Positions 27,384 through 38,310 of a stretch of 64,000 nucleotides of DNA are shown one piece after another. This DNA comes from Candidatus Woesebacteria bacterium (GTDB lineage: Bacteria > Patescibacteriota > Microgenomatia > UBA8517), in NCBI GenBank assembly GCA_963784785.1, contig CAWASW010000005.1, positions 9,247-73,246 of the forward strand. The letters are read 5' to 3'. Below the pieces are notes generated by a model that saw only the letters and a program-made list of their open reading frames with translations, was not told the DNA's origin and searched no databases. Position 1 is the first letter of the stretch. Each line of letters opens with the position of its first letter. The translations under genes and the position numbers were made by a program.

Positions 27384-27657
27384 TATATGCATTAATGAAA
27401 ATTGAGAAAAAGATTGCTGACACGAAGTTGGTATATATTGAGATACAAATTAATTCTGAATTCAAAAAGCTTTTAGTTGTTCCTGTAGGAATGGGTGGAT
27501 CAGAACTGAATAATATTCGCTTTGTCTCGATTGATACCCCTCTTGGTAGTCTGCTTGCGCAAAAGGGAGTAGGAGACGTGTTTGAATTCAATAGCCAAAA
27601 TATTAAGGTCTTAAAAATTGAATAGCATTTTTGTAAACTTAGATTTATACTTACACT

Positions 27658-28893
27658 ATGCTTGACATAAAATTCATTCGAGAAAATGCAGAGTTTGTAA
27701 AAAAGGCCACCAAGGATAAAGGCTTTGATGAAACTGTTATAGACAAACTTCTTGTTGTTGATAAAGAGAGGAGAGAGTTCATAGGAAAGAGTGAAGAGAT
27801 AAGAGCCAAGAAAAACAAATTAGGAAGAGATGATGTTGAAGAAGGCAAAAAGTTAAAAGTTGAGTTAAAAGAAATTGAAGAGAAGTTAAAAATAAAAGAA
27901 GAAGAATTTGACTCAATAATAATTAAAATTCCAAATGTCTCTGCAACTGACGTTAAAATTGGTTCTGAAAAAGACAACGAAGTAATTAGAAAAGTTGGAA
28001 CTCCAAGGGAATTTTCGTTTAATGTACGAGATCATGTTGATATTGGCCAGATTACAGATTCTATTGATCTCGAAAGAGGAACAAAAGTTGCACAATCTGG
28101 CTTTTATTATTTTAAAAATGATGCAGTACTTTTAGAGTTAGCAATTGAGCATTACGCATTTGAGAAATTAATGTCTAAAGGTTTTACCCCTGTAATTACC
28201 CCAAACGTTGCAAAAGAAAGAAATATTGTAGGCTGTGGATTCCAAGCAAGAAGTGATAATGAAAGACAGATATATCATTTAGAAGGTGAAGACTTAGATT
28301 TAATAGCAACAGCTGAAATTACCTTGATGGGAATGCATATGGATGAAGTGGTGGACTCTAAAAAGTTACCAATTAAATACGTAGGACTTTCAAGTTGTTA
28401 CAGAAAAGAAATTGGAAGTTATGGAAAAGACGTTAGGGGAATACTGCGAGTCCATGAATTTAAAAAGATAGAAATGGTTGTTTTATGTCTTGCTGATGAT
28501 TCAGATAAAATTCATGAAGAACTGCTCTCAATTGAAGAGGAAATTTATCAAGAACTTGGAATTCCTTACCAAGTTATTAAAATGGCAACAGGTGATTTGG
28601 GAAATGCAGCATCAAGAAAATATGATCTTGAGGCTTGGATGCCTTCACAGAATAAATATAGAGAAATAACGTCAGCAAGTAACACTACTGATTTTCAAGC
28701 TAGAAGACTTAATATAAAAGCAAAAGTTGGAAATGAAAACATTTATGTTCATAGTTTAAATGGAACCGTAGCAACCACGTCGAGAACTGTAATTGCGATT
28801 TTGGAAAATTATCAAAATGAAGACGGATCAGTCAATGTCCCGCTAGCCCTTCAAAAATGGATGGGCAAGGAAAAAATCGAAATTAGAGTTTAA
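27658..28893 (+). CDS. serS: Serine--tRNA ligase
   Basis: MLDIKFIREN, LIATAE, YRKE.G..GKD.RG..RVHEF, YDLEAW, TDFQARRL. Confidence 0.97.
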   Translation: MLDIKFIRENAEFVKKATKDKGFDETVIDKLLVVDKERREFIGKSEEIRAKKNKLGRDDVEEGKKLKVELKEIEEKLKIKEEEFDSIIIKIPNVSATDVKIGSEKDNEVIRKVGTPREFSFNVRDHVDIGQITDSIDLERGTKVAQSGFYYFKNDAVLLELAIEHYAFEKLMSKGFTPVITPNVAKERNIVGCGFQARSDNERQIYHLEGEDLDLIATAEITLMGMHMDEVVDSKKLPIKYVGLSSCYRKEIGSYGKDVRGILRVHEFKKIEMVVLCLADDSDKIHEELLSIEEEIYQELGIPYQVIKMATGDLGNAASRKYDLEAWMPSQNKYREITSASNTTDFQARRLNIKAKVGNENIYVHSLNGTVATTSRTVIAILENYQNEDGSVNVPLALQKWMGKEKIEIRV

Positions 28894-29947
28894 AATATTT
28901 TTTATTCTTCAGTTTTTCTGGCAATTCACCTAATTTTATTGGAAGATTGCCAAAAGTTTCCACATCTTTTGTGGCTAGATCTAAGGCATTGTAACTTGAT
29001 CTATCTTTATTTGCATTCGATAGATAGACGACTCCATGGGCGAGGTTAATGCGGCATTCTGGAAGACCAATTATTTCACAGGCTCTAAATACGCTATTTG
29101 CAACAACCAATGCAGTAGGCTGGGCTATACCAATATCTTCTGATGCAAATATAACCATCCTTCTGGCAATATAGAGTGGATCTTGGCCGGCTGTTATCAT
29201 TCTGGCAAGATAATAAAGGGCAGCATCAGTATTTGATGCTCTTATTGATTTTATAAATGCTGAAATAGTGTCATAAAAATTGTCACCATTTTTGTCAAAA
29301 CTTAGAGCTCTTTTTTGCATTGCTTCCTCTATTTCTTCAACACTTAAATTTATACCTCTACTTAAACTTGCTGCTATCTCTAAAGTGTTTATAAGTATCC
29401 TTGCATCACCGTTTGAAGCAGTTATCAAGAAAGCGCAAGCTTTCTTATTAATTTTAATATTTAAATGTTTTGTAACTTTTTTTGCAATTTCTTTTAAATT
29501 TTCTTCACTAAGTTGTTTTAGAACTAAAACTCTACATCTTGATAAAAGAGGTGAGATAACTTCAAAAGATGGATTTTCAGTTGTTGCACCAATTAAAATA
29601 ATATCTCCATTTTCTACGTGTGGAAGAAGCTTATCTTGTTGAGCTTTATTAAATCTGTGTATTTCGTCTAAAAATATAATAGGTCTTTCAGACAAAACTG
29701 CTTCGATATCTTTCACTTTTGTATTAACTGCGGAGAATTCATAAAACTTTCTACTGAGTTCTTTAGCAATAATTCTTGCTAGTGTAGTTTTTCCTACTCC
29801 TGAAGGACCATGAAGAATCATAGATGGTAGATTAGCAGATTTGCTGATTAGAAGCTTAGTAATAAAACCATTAGGACCTACTAAATGTTCTTGACCAATA
29901 AAATCAGATAATTTTGAAGGTCTTAATATTTCTGCAAGAGGTTGCAT
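28883..29947 (-). CDS. rarA: Replication-associated recombination protein A (MgsA)
   Basis: PLAE.LRP, GPSGVGKT, DEIHRFNK.QQD, GATTENPSF, SAFIKS.R, ASEDIG. Confidence 0.93.
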   Translation of the reverse strand: MQPLAEILRPSKLSDFIGQEHLVGPNGFITKLLISKSANLPSMILHGPSGVGKTTLARIIAKELSRKFYEFSAVNTKVKDIEAVLSERPIIFLDEIHRFNKAQQDKLLPHVENGDIILIGATTENPSFEVISPLLSRCRVLVLKQLSEENLKEIAKKVTKHLNIKINKKACAFLITASNGDARILINTLEIAASLSRGINLSVEEIEEAMQKRALSFDKNGDNFYDTISAFIKSIRASNTDAALYYLARMITAGQDPLYIARRMVIFASEDIGIAQPTALVVANSVFRACEIIGLPECRINLAHGVVYLSNANKDRSSYNALDLATKDVETFGNLPIKLGELPEKLKNKKYFKL

Positions 29948-30168
29948 TAATTTGGTTTTTTTGGAACAAATCCTATTTTAGTAACTACTGTCAAATCATC
30001 ATTTGTTTGAAGATTCTCTTTATCATCGTGATTGCCATTTTGAACTCGTACTTCGTGTGAAATCATTTCCAATGCACCTGTTCTATTCATTGTCTGACGA
30101 ATGTATCCTCTTGTTTTTTTAACTAATTCAGCCATTTCGTCTAATAATGTTCTTTCTCTTCCACTCAT
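29947..30168 (-). CDS. Hypothetical protein
   Basis: Likely start ATG 30168 (MSGRERT) within ORF 29947-30249; stop overlaps the rarA start. Confidence 0.4.
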   Translation of the reverse strand: MSGRERTLLDEMAELVKKTRGYIRQTMNRTGALEMISHEVRVQNGNHDDKENLQTNDDLTVVTKIGFVPKKPN

Positions 30169-30196
30169 ATTATTGGTAGTGTAGTACAATTTATCA

Positions 30197-30836
30197 ATGA
30201 TTGGAACGACAGTATTGGAAGAGAGAGAATCTAAATACAATGGACACATAAAAGTTGTTCGTACGTGGGGTATGGGAACATATATTCAAGCAGGAGGATT
30301 TAATCCGATTCAATCGGGGCTGACACAATCTGGTGGAATTGTTGAAAGTATCTGGAATTCTACTTTAAAACAAATTCACAGTTCACAGTTGACCATTCAC
30401 AGTATTCTGGTTTTAGGTCTAGGAGGAGGGACTTTGGCAAAGTTGCTTCGAAAAAAATATCCAGATGCAAAAATTACTGGTGTCGAAATCGATCCAATCA
30501 TGATTGAACTTGGTAAAAAGTATTTAGATCTAGATAAATATAATATCGATATCAAAATTGCAGACGCCAACAACTTTAACCTAAACGCTATACTCTATTG
30601 ACCTAATTATCGTAGATATGTATGCAGGTGATAATTTTCCACAAGAATTTGAGAGTAAAGAATTTTTGAATAAACTAAAAAAAAATCCTTTAGTTATTAT
30701 AAACAGACTTTATTACGGCGAAAAACGACCTGATACTGTAAGGTTCGGTAATAGATTAGAAAAGATTTTTAAAAAGGTTACATGGTTCTACCCCGAAGCA
30801 AATTTAATGTTTCTTTGTGAAAATCAATTGAAATAG
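30197..30836 (+). pseudogene. Spermidine synthase-like SAM methyltransferase, frameshifted near 30598
   Basis: LVLGLGGG, VEIDP, IADA motifs, then DLIIVD continues in the frame of ORF 30618-30836. Confidence 0.75.
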
Positions 30837-30886
30837 TATCTTGTACTTCTTTCTGTAAAGAAAAATTGAGGGACTTCATAATTTTT

Positions 30887-32017
30887 GGCTTAATGGAACT
30901 AATGTGTTGTTTTTCTAATCCTGTTTTGTTTTATTATCGGCCTTCATTTTTTCAAAGTTGTAATAATATACAAACCATTTAAGGTAACTTTCCCAACGAG
31001 TCTTTTTAAGGCCTTTATGTCTTAACCATCTTTGTCCTATATGCCCAAATGTAGCTTCAATTTCATTTGTTGTTTTTGGCATAGTTGGGTGGTCTAAAAA
31101 CTTGAATGAGGTTTTTGGAAGTTTAATTAGGATCCTGACAGCTTTTCTCACACCTTTATGAATATACCAACTGTGGCCAGAATCATCTGTCCTCATCTCT
31201 TTCAGAAAGAAGAAATTAGCCTTAACCCAATCTTTTAAGATTGTTTCCCAGTATTTCAAAGCTTCATGACTTTCTATGAACCAAATGTGGTTTGCAATTT
31301 TTATTAATTCTTCAATTCTTCTATCTTTTGAGTGTCTACCAAGTGCATTTACAATATCTCTATGCATATGAGCAAGACATATCTGATGTGGAGAGTGGGG
31401 GATACACTTCATCAACCGCAGAACAAATGGCAGTTCCTCCATCTGTTACAGAGCCTGAAAATGTGTATTTTAATTCCTCCTTTATGAACCTCAAATCCTT
31501 AACTATTTTTGTTGAAGCCTCTCTACCAGCAATAGATACATGCAAAAGGTACAAAGTTCCACTTTGTCTATACAGCATCAAGACAAACCATCTTCCAAAC
31601 CAAAGCCCATCAATCAAAAGATATGCAGTATCAATTCTTCCAGACAAAGTTTGATCAAATCTAGGAAGTTTTGGAGGATCAAGAAGCAATAACTTATGAA
31701 ATTCACCCTCCAAATATCTTACAGACAAACCTGAGACAGAAGACAGCATTTCATATGTCAAACCCCACAAAATATACTGTCTGAAAAGATCAACTACTTT
31801 AAAATCTTTCTTTTTATTGTGGTAAATTCTTGAAGTTTTACAAACTTTACAAAACCATCTTTTCTTTCCAGTTCCAGTCTTTCCCCACAGAAACATTTTA
31901 CTATTACAGGATATGCACAAAAGTGTTCTTTGACCCATTGAATACTATTCAAACTCAAAATGAGGCGTATTATCAACTATATCTTTCTGTTATATCAACA
32001 CACTATGCTATTAAGCC
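30887..32017 (-). mobile_element. Second IS256-like element (1131 bp)
   Basis: Imperfect terminal IRs GGCTTAAT...TGTGTTG; 8-bp TSD TAATTTTT at 30879-30886 and 32018-32025. Confidence 0.8.
30915..31938 (-). pseudogene. IS256-like transposase with frameshift near 31400
   Basis: CISC..CKVC, IDGLW, VTDG in one frame; QICLAH and TTNEIEATF in the other; shift at a C5 run. Confidence 0.75.
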
Positions 32018-32589
32018 TAATTTTTTCTAGGAAGTGGAATTGGATTTACAAACGGTAGAGAAAATCCAGTAACCTTTGCGACTATTAGCAAAAATATAAC
32101 TGAATTAATTACTCCAGCAATAATATTTCCCAAAGTAGATTTACCAAAAATGACATCAATTCCTACGAAAATAATAAGTACTGGCCAGTAGGAAAATAAA
32201 TTTTGCCAAAATTTCCAGATATTGTGAAATACATAAAAACCTAGGTTCTCAAGTAAAAAAGAAGCTCCTAAAAGTACTAATAATACCCCTCCAAATATTC
32301 TTCCGTTTCCATTTTTAACTGCATCTTGAGACTTTGTTTTAATTTCTTCAACGTTTTCCTTAATGTAATCTTCTGATTTTTTACCAAGTGTCGATTTTGA
32401 TGGAATTACTATCCAGAGAATAATATAGATCAATAGTCCAGATCCACCAAAAATAGTTATTAAAACTAAAATAATACGTAGGATTACTGGGTCGATATCA
32501 AAGTATTCTCCAAGACCACCACAAACACCAGCAATAACTTTATTGTTTTCGCTTCTATACAGTTTTGATAGATCGTTTTTGCTAGCCAT
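32017..32589 (-). CDS. PspC domain protein (C-terminal tail cut by IS insertion)
   Basis: LYRS..NK.IAGVCGGLGEYF.IDP...R, YIILWIVIP; second membrane domain. Confidence 0.88.
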   Translation of the reverse strand: MASKNDLSKLYRSENNKVIAGVCGGLGEYFDIDPVILRIILVLITIFGGSGLLIYIILWIVIPSKSTLGKKSEDYIKENVEEIKTKSQDAVKNGNGRIFGGVLLVLLGASFLLENLGFYVFHNIWKFWQNLFSYWPVLIIFVGIDVIFGKSTLGNIIAGVINSVIFLLIVAKVTGFSLPFVNPIPLPRKN

Positions 32590-32629
32590 ATAAAAACAAG
32601 TATAATTCTGTTAGAATTACATTTCAAGC

Positions 32630-35290
32630 ATGTTTAAAAATTTATTCAAGTTCTTAGATCTAAACCAAAGAGAGGTAGATAAACTAGGAAAAACTGTAGC
32701 ATCGGTGAATGCTTCTGAAAATAAATACAAAAAGATAAAGACCGAGGATTTTGTTAAAGAGACCCAAAAATTAAAAAAATTAGTGACCAACGACCAATCT
32801 CTAACGACTGTCCTGCCATCCGCCTTTGCTCTTGCTCGTGAAGCATCGCTTAGAATTTTGGGACAAAGACACTATGACGTTCAGTTAATGGCGGCAACTG
32901 CCCTATTTGAAGGAAAAATTGTGGAACAAAAAACGGGAGAGGGTAAAACTTTATCCGCTGTCCCCGCTTTATATTTAAGATCTTTGACAGGGAAAGGTGT
33001 TCACCTTGTTACAGTCAATGACTTTTTGGCTCGCCTTGGGGCTGGCTGGAATGCCCCAGTCTTTGCACTTTTGGGTATGTCGGTTGGGGTAATCGTTCAG
33101 GAAAATAAATCCTTTGTCTATGATCCTAACTTCCGTGATGATAGCCATGGCGACGAGAGACTTGCTCATTTAAAACCTTGTTCTAGAAAAGAAGCCTATG
33201 CATGCGATATTACTTATGGTACAAACAATGAATTTGGATTTGATTATTTGAGGGATAATATGGTTCAAAGTTTAGATGAAATGGTGCAACGAGAACATTA
33301 CTTTGCAATTGTTGATGAGGTTGATTCGATTTTAATTGATGAAGCTAGAACCCCACTTATTATTTCAGCACCTGATACTGAGCCAACTCAAAAATATTAT
33401 CAATTCGCTCAAATTGTAGATAAATTACAACTAGATTCAGATTATAAGGTCGACGAAAAGTCTAAGAGCGCATCGTTAACTGAAACTGGTATTAATAAAG
33501 TAGAAAAAATATTGGGAGTCGATAACTTATACGAAAAAGATTTTGAAAGTATTCATCATATTGAAAATGCACTACGAGCAAGAAGTCTGTACCTTAAGGA
33601 TAGGGATTATGTTGTAAATGACGCAGGAGTAACAATTGTCGATGAATTTACAGGTAGATTAATGACTGGTAGAAGGTGGTCAGATGGACTTCATCAAGCA
33701 GTTGAAGCAAAGGAAGGCGTTGTCATCCAACAAGAGAGTAAAACACTTGCAACGATCTCTTTCCAGAATTATTTCAGAATGTATACGCATCTCTCCGGTA
33801 TGACAGGTACTGCAGTAACTGAAGCAGAAGAATTTAAGAAGATTTACAAACTTGATGTTGTTGCAATTCCAACTCATCGAGACAATGTTAGAATTGATGA
33901 AGGAGACTCTATTTACAAAACTCTTTCAGGAAAATATGGTGCAATCGCTGCAGAGGTTGAGGAAAGATATAAAAACGGCCAGCCAGTTTTGATAGGAACT
34001 ACTTCAATTGACAAAAATGTAATTATTTCTGATTTGCTAAAAAGAAGAAAAATTCCTCACAATGTACTAAACGCCAAAAATCACGAAAGAGAAGCAGAGA
34101 TTATTGCAAATGCCGGAAAGCTTAAGGCCATAACAGTTGCTACCAATATGGCAGGCCGAGGAGTTGATATTATTTTAGGTGGTGCAAAACCCGATGATAA
34201 TGCAACTAAAAAAGAAATAGAAACTTGGGAAAGAGCACATAAAGATGTTACAAATGTTGGAGGACTCCATGTCATTGGAACTGAGAGGCATGAATCAAGA
34301 AGAATAGACAATCAGTTAAGAGGAAGAGCAGGAAGACAGGGAGATCCGGGGTCTTCTAAATTTTATCTTTCACTAGAGGATGATTTGATGAGGATTTTTG
34401 GTGGGGATCAAATAAAATCTCTGATGGATAAACTTGCAATACCTGACGATCAGCCAATAGAAAATGCGTTAGTAAGTCGTGCTATTGAACAATCACAAGT
34501 TAAAGTTGAAGGCTTCCATTTTGATACTAGAAAAAGGCTTGTTGAATTTGACGACGTTGCTAATCAACAAAGAGAAATTATCTATAAATTAAGAAGAAAA
34601 GTTTTGGAGAGTAAAAATTTAGAGGATGAGGTTTTGGAAAAGCTTGGTATTCATGCAGGTAGAATTTCACAAAGTGCAGCCATGCCTGCCGGAGAGGCAG
34701 GGAGTATGGATTACGATGAAATCGTTGCCGGATTTTTGGAAGTAGTTCCTTTTGATCCACAGTCTACAAAACAATTTAAGAAAGAACTTGAGAAAAGAGA
34801 TAATCCACAGGCAATAGAAGAATTTTTAGAAGCAGTTTTTACTGATATGTATAAATCAAGGGAAGCGCAAGTTGGTGAGGAAACAATGCGCCAAGTTGAA
34901 AAGTATGCATATTTAGGAAGTATTGATCATCATTGGATTGATCACATTGATGCAATTGATGATCTTCGAAATGCTATTGGACTTCGCGCATATGGTCAAC
35001 GTGATCCTCTTATTGAATTTAAAGGTGAAGCATATGAAATGTTTGAAGGACTTTTGGTACGAATCGATGAAGAGATCGCTAGAAGAATATTCAGAATTGG
35101 AGTTAACATTCCACAATCAGAAATTCCTACAAACATCACAACAACGGCTGTTGGCGATTCGTCGTTAGATAAAGACCAAAATCCTAAATCAAAAATCTTA
35201 AATCCTAAATCTAAGTTAGGTCGTAACGATCCTTGTTGGTGTGGTTCGGGCAAAAAATTTAAAAAATGCCACTTTCCAAAAGTTGGATAA
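32630..35290 (+). CDS. secA: Preprotein translocase subunit SecA
   Basis: TGEGKT, DEVDSILIDEARTPLIIS, ATNMAGRG, RGRAGRQGDPG, GRNDPC.CGSGKKFK.CH. Confidence 0.98.
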   Translation: MFKNLFKFLDLNQREVDKLGKTVASVNASENKYKKIKTEDFVKETQKLKKLVTNDQSLTTVLPSAFALAREASLRILGQRHYDVQLMAATALFEGKIVEQKTGEGKTLSAVPALYLRSLTGKGVHLVTVNDFLARLGAGWNAPVFALLGMSVGVIVQENKSFVYDPNFRDDSHGDERLAHLKPCSRKEAYACDITYGTNNEFGFDYLRDNMVQSLDEMVQREHYFAIVDEVDSILIDEARTPLIISAPDTEPTQKYYQFAQIVDKLQLDSDYKVDEKSKSASLTETGINKVEKILGVDNLYEKDFESIHHIENALRARSLYLKDRDYVVNDAGVTIVDEFTGRLMTGRRWSDGLHQAVEAKEGVVIQQESKTLATISFQNYFRMYTHLSGMTGTAVTEAEEFKKIYKLDVVAIPTHRDNVRIDEGDSIYKTLSGKYGAIAAEVEERYKNGQPVLIGTTSIDKNVIISDLLKRRKIPHNVLNAKNHEREAEIIANAGKLKAITVATNMAGRGVDIILGGAKPDDNATKKEIETWERAHKDVTNVGGLHVIGTERHESRRIDNQLRGRAGRQGDPGSSKFYLSLEDDLMRIFGGDQIKSLMDKLAIPDDQPIENALVSRAIEQSQVKVEGFHFDTRKRLVEFDDVANQQREIIYKLRRKVLESKNLEDEVLEKLGIHAGRISQSAAMPAGEAGSMDYDEIVAGFLEVVPFDPQSTKQFKKELEKRDNPQAIEEFLEAVFTDMYKSREAQVGEETMRQVEKYAYLGSIDHHWIDHIDAIDDLRNAIGLRAYGQRDPLIEFKGEAYEMFEGLLVRIDEEIARRIFRIGVNIPQSEIPTNITTTAVGDSSLDKDQNPKSKILNPKSKLGRNDPCWCGSGKKFKKCHFPKVG

Positions 35291-35308
35291 TCAGTATATT
35301 GTTAAATA

Positions 35309-35659
35309 ATGGCAAAACAACAAGAACTATCATACGATACTAAATTAGTTTTGACTTTAGTCTTACTATTTTTGCTTTATCCTGCTGGATTAATTTTAAT
35401 GTTTAAATGGATGAACTGGCCGAAATGGCTTAAGTGGGTGCTAACTTCGCCTGTAATAATTTTTATATTGGCAATTATTGCCACAATTATTATTGGATTT
35501 ATGACCGCCTTTAGTCCTAAAGGCTCAACTGAAAAAGCAGAAGATCGATTTAATGACGTAACATATGAAAATACTTGTACAAAAGAATGTGCCAGTATTG
35601 CAACAGATAATACAATGGATTTTTGTATTCAAAAATGTGTGAGTGAACTAAAAAAGTAA
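35309..35659 (+). CDS. Hypothetical membrane protein
   Basis: Two TM segments, CxxxC...CxxxC tail. Confidence 0.55.
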   Translation: MAKQQELSYDTKLVLTLVLLFLLYPAGLILMFKWMNWPKWLKWVLTSPVIIFILAIIATIIIGFMTAFSPKGSTEKAEDRFNDVTYENTCTKECASIATDNTMDFCIQKCVSELKK

Positions 35660-35772
35660 TAACTAAAACTTCTTGACTTCGGTAATGATTCGTATTAAGT
35701 TCAAGTAGAAGATCAATTGTTTCTAATAAAAACTTCATATCAAACAAGAAACAAATAGGATAGAATTAAGCG

Positions 35773-36345
35773 ATGATTAAATTTGTATATTTTGATGTTG
35801 GAGGTGTGGCGCTTCAAGATTTTACTGGAAGAAATTATATTGAAGAAATTTCAACAAAAATAAAACTTGGTAAATTTGGTAGTTTGTATCATCTTTGGAA
35901 TGTTTTACACAAAAAGTTTCGAACCATGTTTCCTCAAATTTACGAAAAATATATCTTAGGTAGAGTTAAAAAACTTGCTCAGAACAAATCAATTTGGTCA
36001 GTTATCGATAAGTTTGGCAAAACTTCTAAAATTGGATTACTCACAAATATGTATCCAGATTTACTTGATGCTATAAAAAAAGCAGGCTTGTTACCTAACA
36101 ACAATTGGAATGCTGTTGTTGACTCAAGTGTAGAAGGTTTTGAAAAACCAGAAATGAGAATATATGAAATTGCAGAAAAAAAGAGTGGATTTAAAGGTAA
36201 AGAAATATTATTTATTGACAACACTAAACAAAATATCGATGCTGCAATCAAATTTGGTTGGAATGGTTTCTTATATAATCCAAATAATTGCCAAATTTCG
36301 AGTAAAAGGTTGTTTGAATATTATAAAAAAATATATGAAGATTAA
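35773..36345 (+). CDS. HAD-family phosphatase
   Basis: FDVGGV, LLTN, KP..IY, FIDN motifs. Confidence 0.85.
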   Translation: MIKFVYFDVGGVALQDFTGRNYIEEISTKIKLGKFGSLYHLWNVLHKKFRTMFPQIYEKYILGRVKKLAQNKSIWSVIDKFGKTSKIGLLTNMYPDLLDAIKKAGLLPNNNWNAVVDSSVEGFEKPEMRIYEIAEKKSGFKGKEILFIDNTKQNIDAAIKFGWNGFLYNPNNCQISSKRLFEYYKKIYED

Positions 36346-37075
36346 ATTCACTAAAGAATTAATAATAGTTTTTTTAATATGTGTTTTGGCTTTTTGTTTA
36401 AGAATTTATAAAATAAACACAGATCTTTTGTATCATAGAGATCAAGGTTTGGTCGCCATGGATATATACAAGATTTGGCATGATAAAAAAGTGTCTTTGC
36501 TTGGGGCACCTACCGACGTAGATGGCCTATTTCACTCCCCTGTGTATTATTGGATTTTAACCCCATTTTACGCACTTGGTCGCGGGGATATCGTTTATCC
36601 TGCTATTTTTCAGATCCTGATTGAAATATTGTCTCTACCTTTTTTGTATCTTGCGGTCAAAAAACTATTTAGCAAAGAAATAGCCTTTACTACATTAATA
36701 TTTTATGCTGTGTCATATGGTTTAATATCATACAGCCGTTGGTTTATTACTGTTCCGTTTATTTTGCCTCTTACTAACATACTTCTGTACACTTTAGTTT
36801 TTGAAAAGGGAATTTTTATTAATTCATTAATCATTGGAATGATATCCCAAACTAATGCTGCTGTTGGTATTTTTTATTTGCCATTTTTGCTGTTTACTTT
36901 TAGGAAAAATTTAAATTTTAAAAATATTTTACTTTTGTTGATTGGATTTTTAATCCCTGCTATACCACTAGTGCTATTTCAATTTAGACATGATTTTATA
37001 ACCATCAAGACGATTCTTAACTATTCAGGCAGCTCTTCTGCTGGTTTAGGTTTTTCAGTAGATGTTATTTTAAAT

Positions 37076-37592
37076 CTTCTGCACATTAATCCCCAGCCTT
37101 TAGGCTGGTGGAGCAAGTATAGTTTGTGGCATACTTGAGGGAAATGTTAAAGTACTGGCATGGTGCACACACAAAGCACAGAATTATGATTCATTTGGTA
37201 TTTTTACCAAAATACAGAAAAAGGATATTACGTGGCAAAGTAGCTACAAGACTTAAAGACTTATTCTTCAAAGCATGTGAGGTTAACAACTGGTGGATTG
37301 AAGAAATTACAATATTGCATGATCATGTACATATGCTTATACAAATCCAACCAAACTTGTCCATCTCAAAAGTTGTTAACCAACTGAAAGGTGGTTCATC
37401 AAGAATCTTAAGGAAAGAATTTCCAGAGTTAGAAGAATTTCTTTGGGGTGACTCATTCTGGTCTGATGGCTACTTTGCAGAATCAGTGGGTGCAACAAGT
37501 TTCATCCAGGTTAAAAAATACATTAAAAATCAAGTGGAAAGTATGCCACAGAAGGGGTAAAACCATGGCATTTATGCCATGTGTTTTTTATT
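37076..37592 (+). mobile_element. IS200-type element A, copy 3
   Basis: Identical 517-bp element. Confidence 0.88.
37126..37560 (+). CDS. tnpA: IS200/IS605 Y1 transposase
   Basis: Identical protein to 15002-15436. Confidence 0.92.
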   Translation: MAYLREMLKYWHGAHTKHRIMIHLVFLPKYRKRILRGKVATRLKDLFFKACEVNNWWIEEITILHDHVHMLIQIQPNLSISKVVNQLKGGSSRILRKEFPELEEFLWGDSFWSDGYFAESVGATSFIQVKKYIKNQVESMPQKG

Positions 37593-38310
37593 AATCTAAA
37601 AATTTTATTTAGAGAAATCAATCATTTGATTTTGTTTCCATATTCTATTTTTACTACATTATTATTTTTTGCTGGTTTGTTTCAATTGAAAAAATATAAA
37701 AAGTTAGTTATTTCATTTTTATTAATACCATTTATCTTTTTGTCTTTTTATCAAAGGGGAGCGATAAGCTTCTTTTTTATTGCTGCCCTACCTCTGTCAT
37801 CGGCAATACTTGTTAATGGAATTAGTTTTTTTTTCAAAATTAATTAGGTACACTTTTATAGTGGTGGTAGTTCTATTAAATATTTTATTACTTAAGAACA
37901 TCTATGAACCAAACAATGCATTAATACCAATTGGAGATAAAAATATAATTACGATTGATGATAGAAAGAAAATAATTGACTGGATGTATTTACAAGCGAA
38001 TGGCCAGGGATTTTCTGTATGGATTTATACAATACCCTATTTCCAAGATTATCCTTGGGAATATTTATTTTTAACTTATGCAAAAGACAAATATGGATAC
38101 CAACCTGAAAGGACTGGTTCATTTTCCAAAAATGATCTTAATAGTTCTAAATACTTTTTTAATATTTACGAATTAGATGATGATAATCCTTCGAGACAGA
38201 GTACATGGTTTGAACAAATTGAAAAAAGCTTTGGTCTTAGCAAAGGATATTTTAATTCTCATGATGTACATGTTGAGTTAAGAGAAAAAGTCAGTTAATA
38301 TGTCTATATT

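Larger units (their letters stand above)
26696..27625 (+). pseudogene. GreA/GreB-like protein interrupted by IS200 copy 2
   Basis: ATESHSDTRR in the 5' half and VS.DTPLG.LL..K.VGD in the 3' half; excision of 26867-27383 restores the frame (EIE-LYALMK). Confidence 0.75.
36335..38298 (+). pseudogene. ArnT/PMT-like (GT-C) membrane glycosyltransferase, split by IS200 copy 3 and frameshifted at a T9 run near 37830
   Basis: R.Y.I..D.....DQG, LLG..T......SP.YYW, many TM segments; excision of 37076-37592 restores VILN-NLKILF. Confidence 0.75.
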
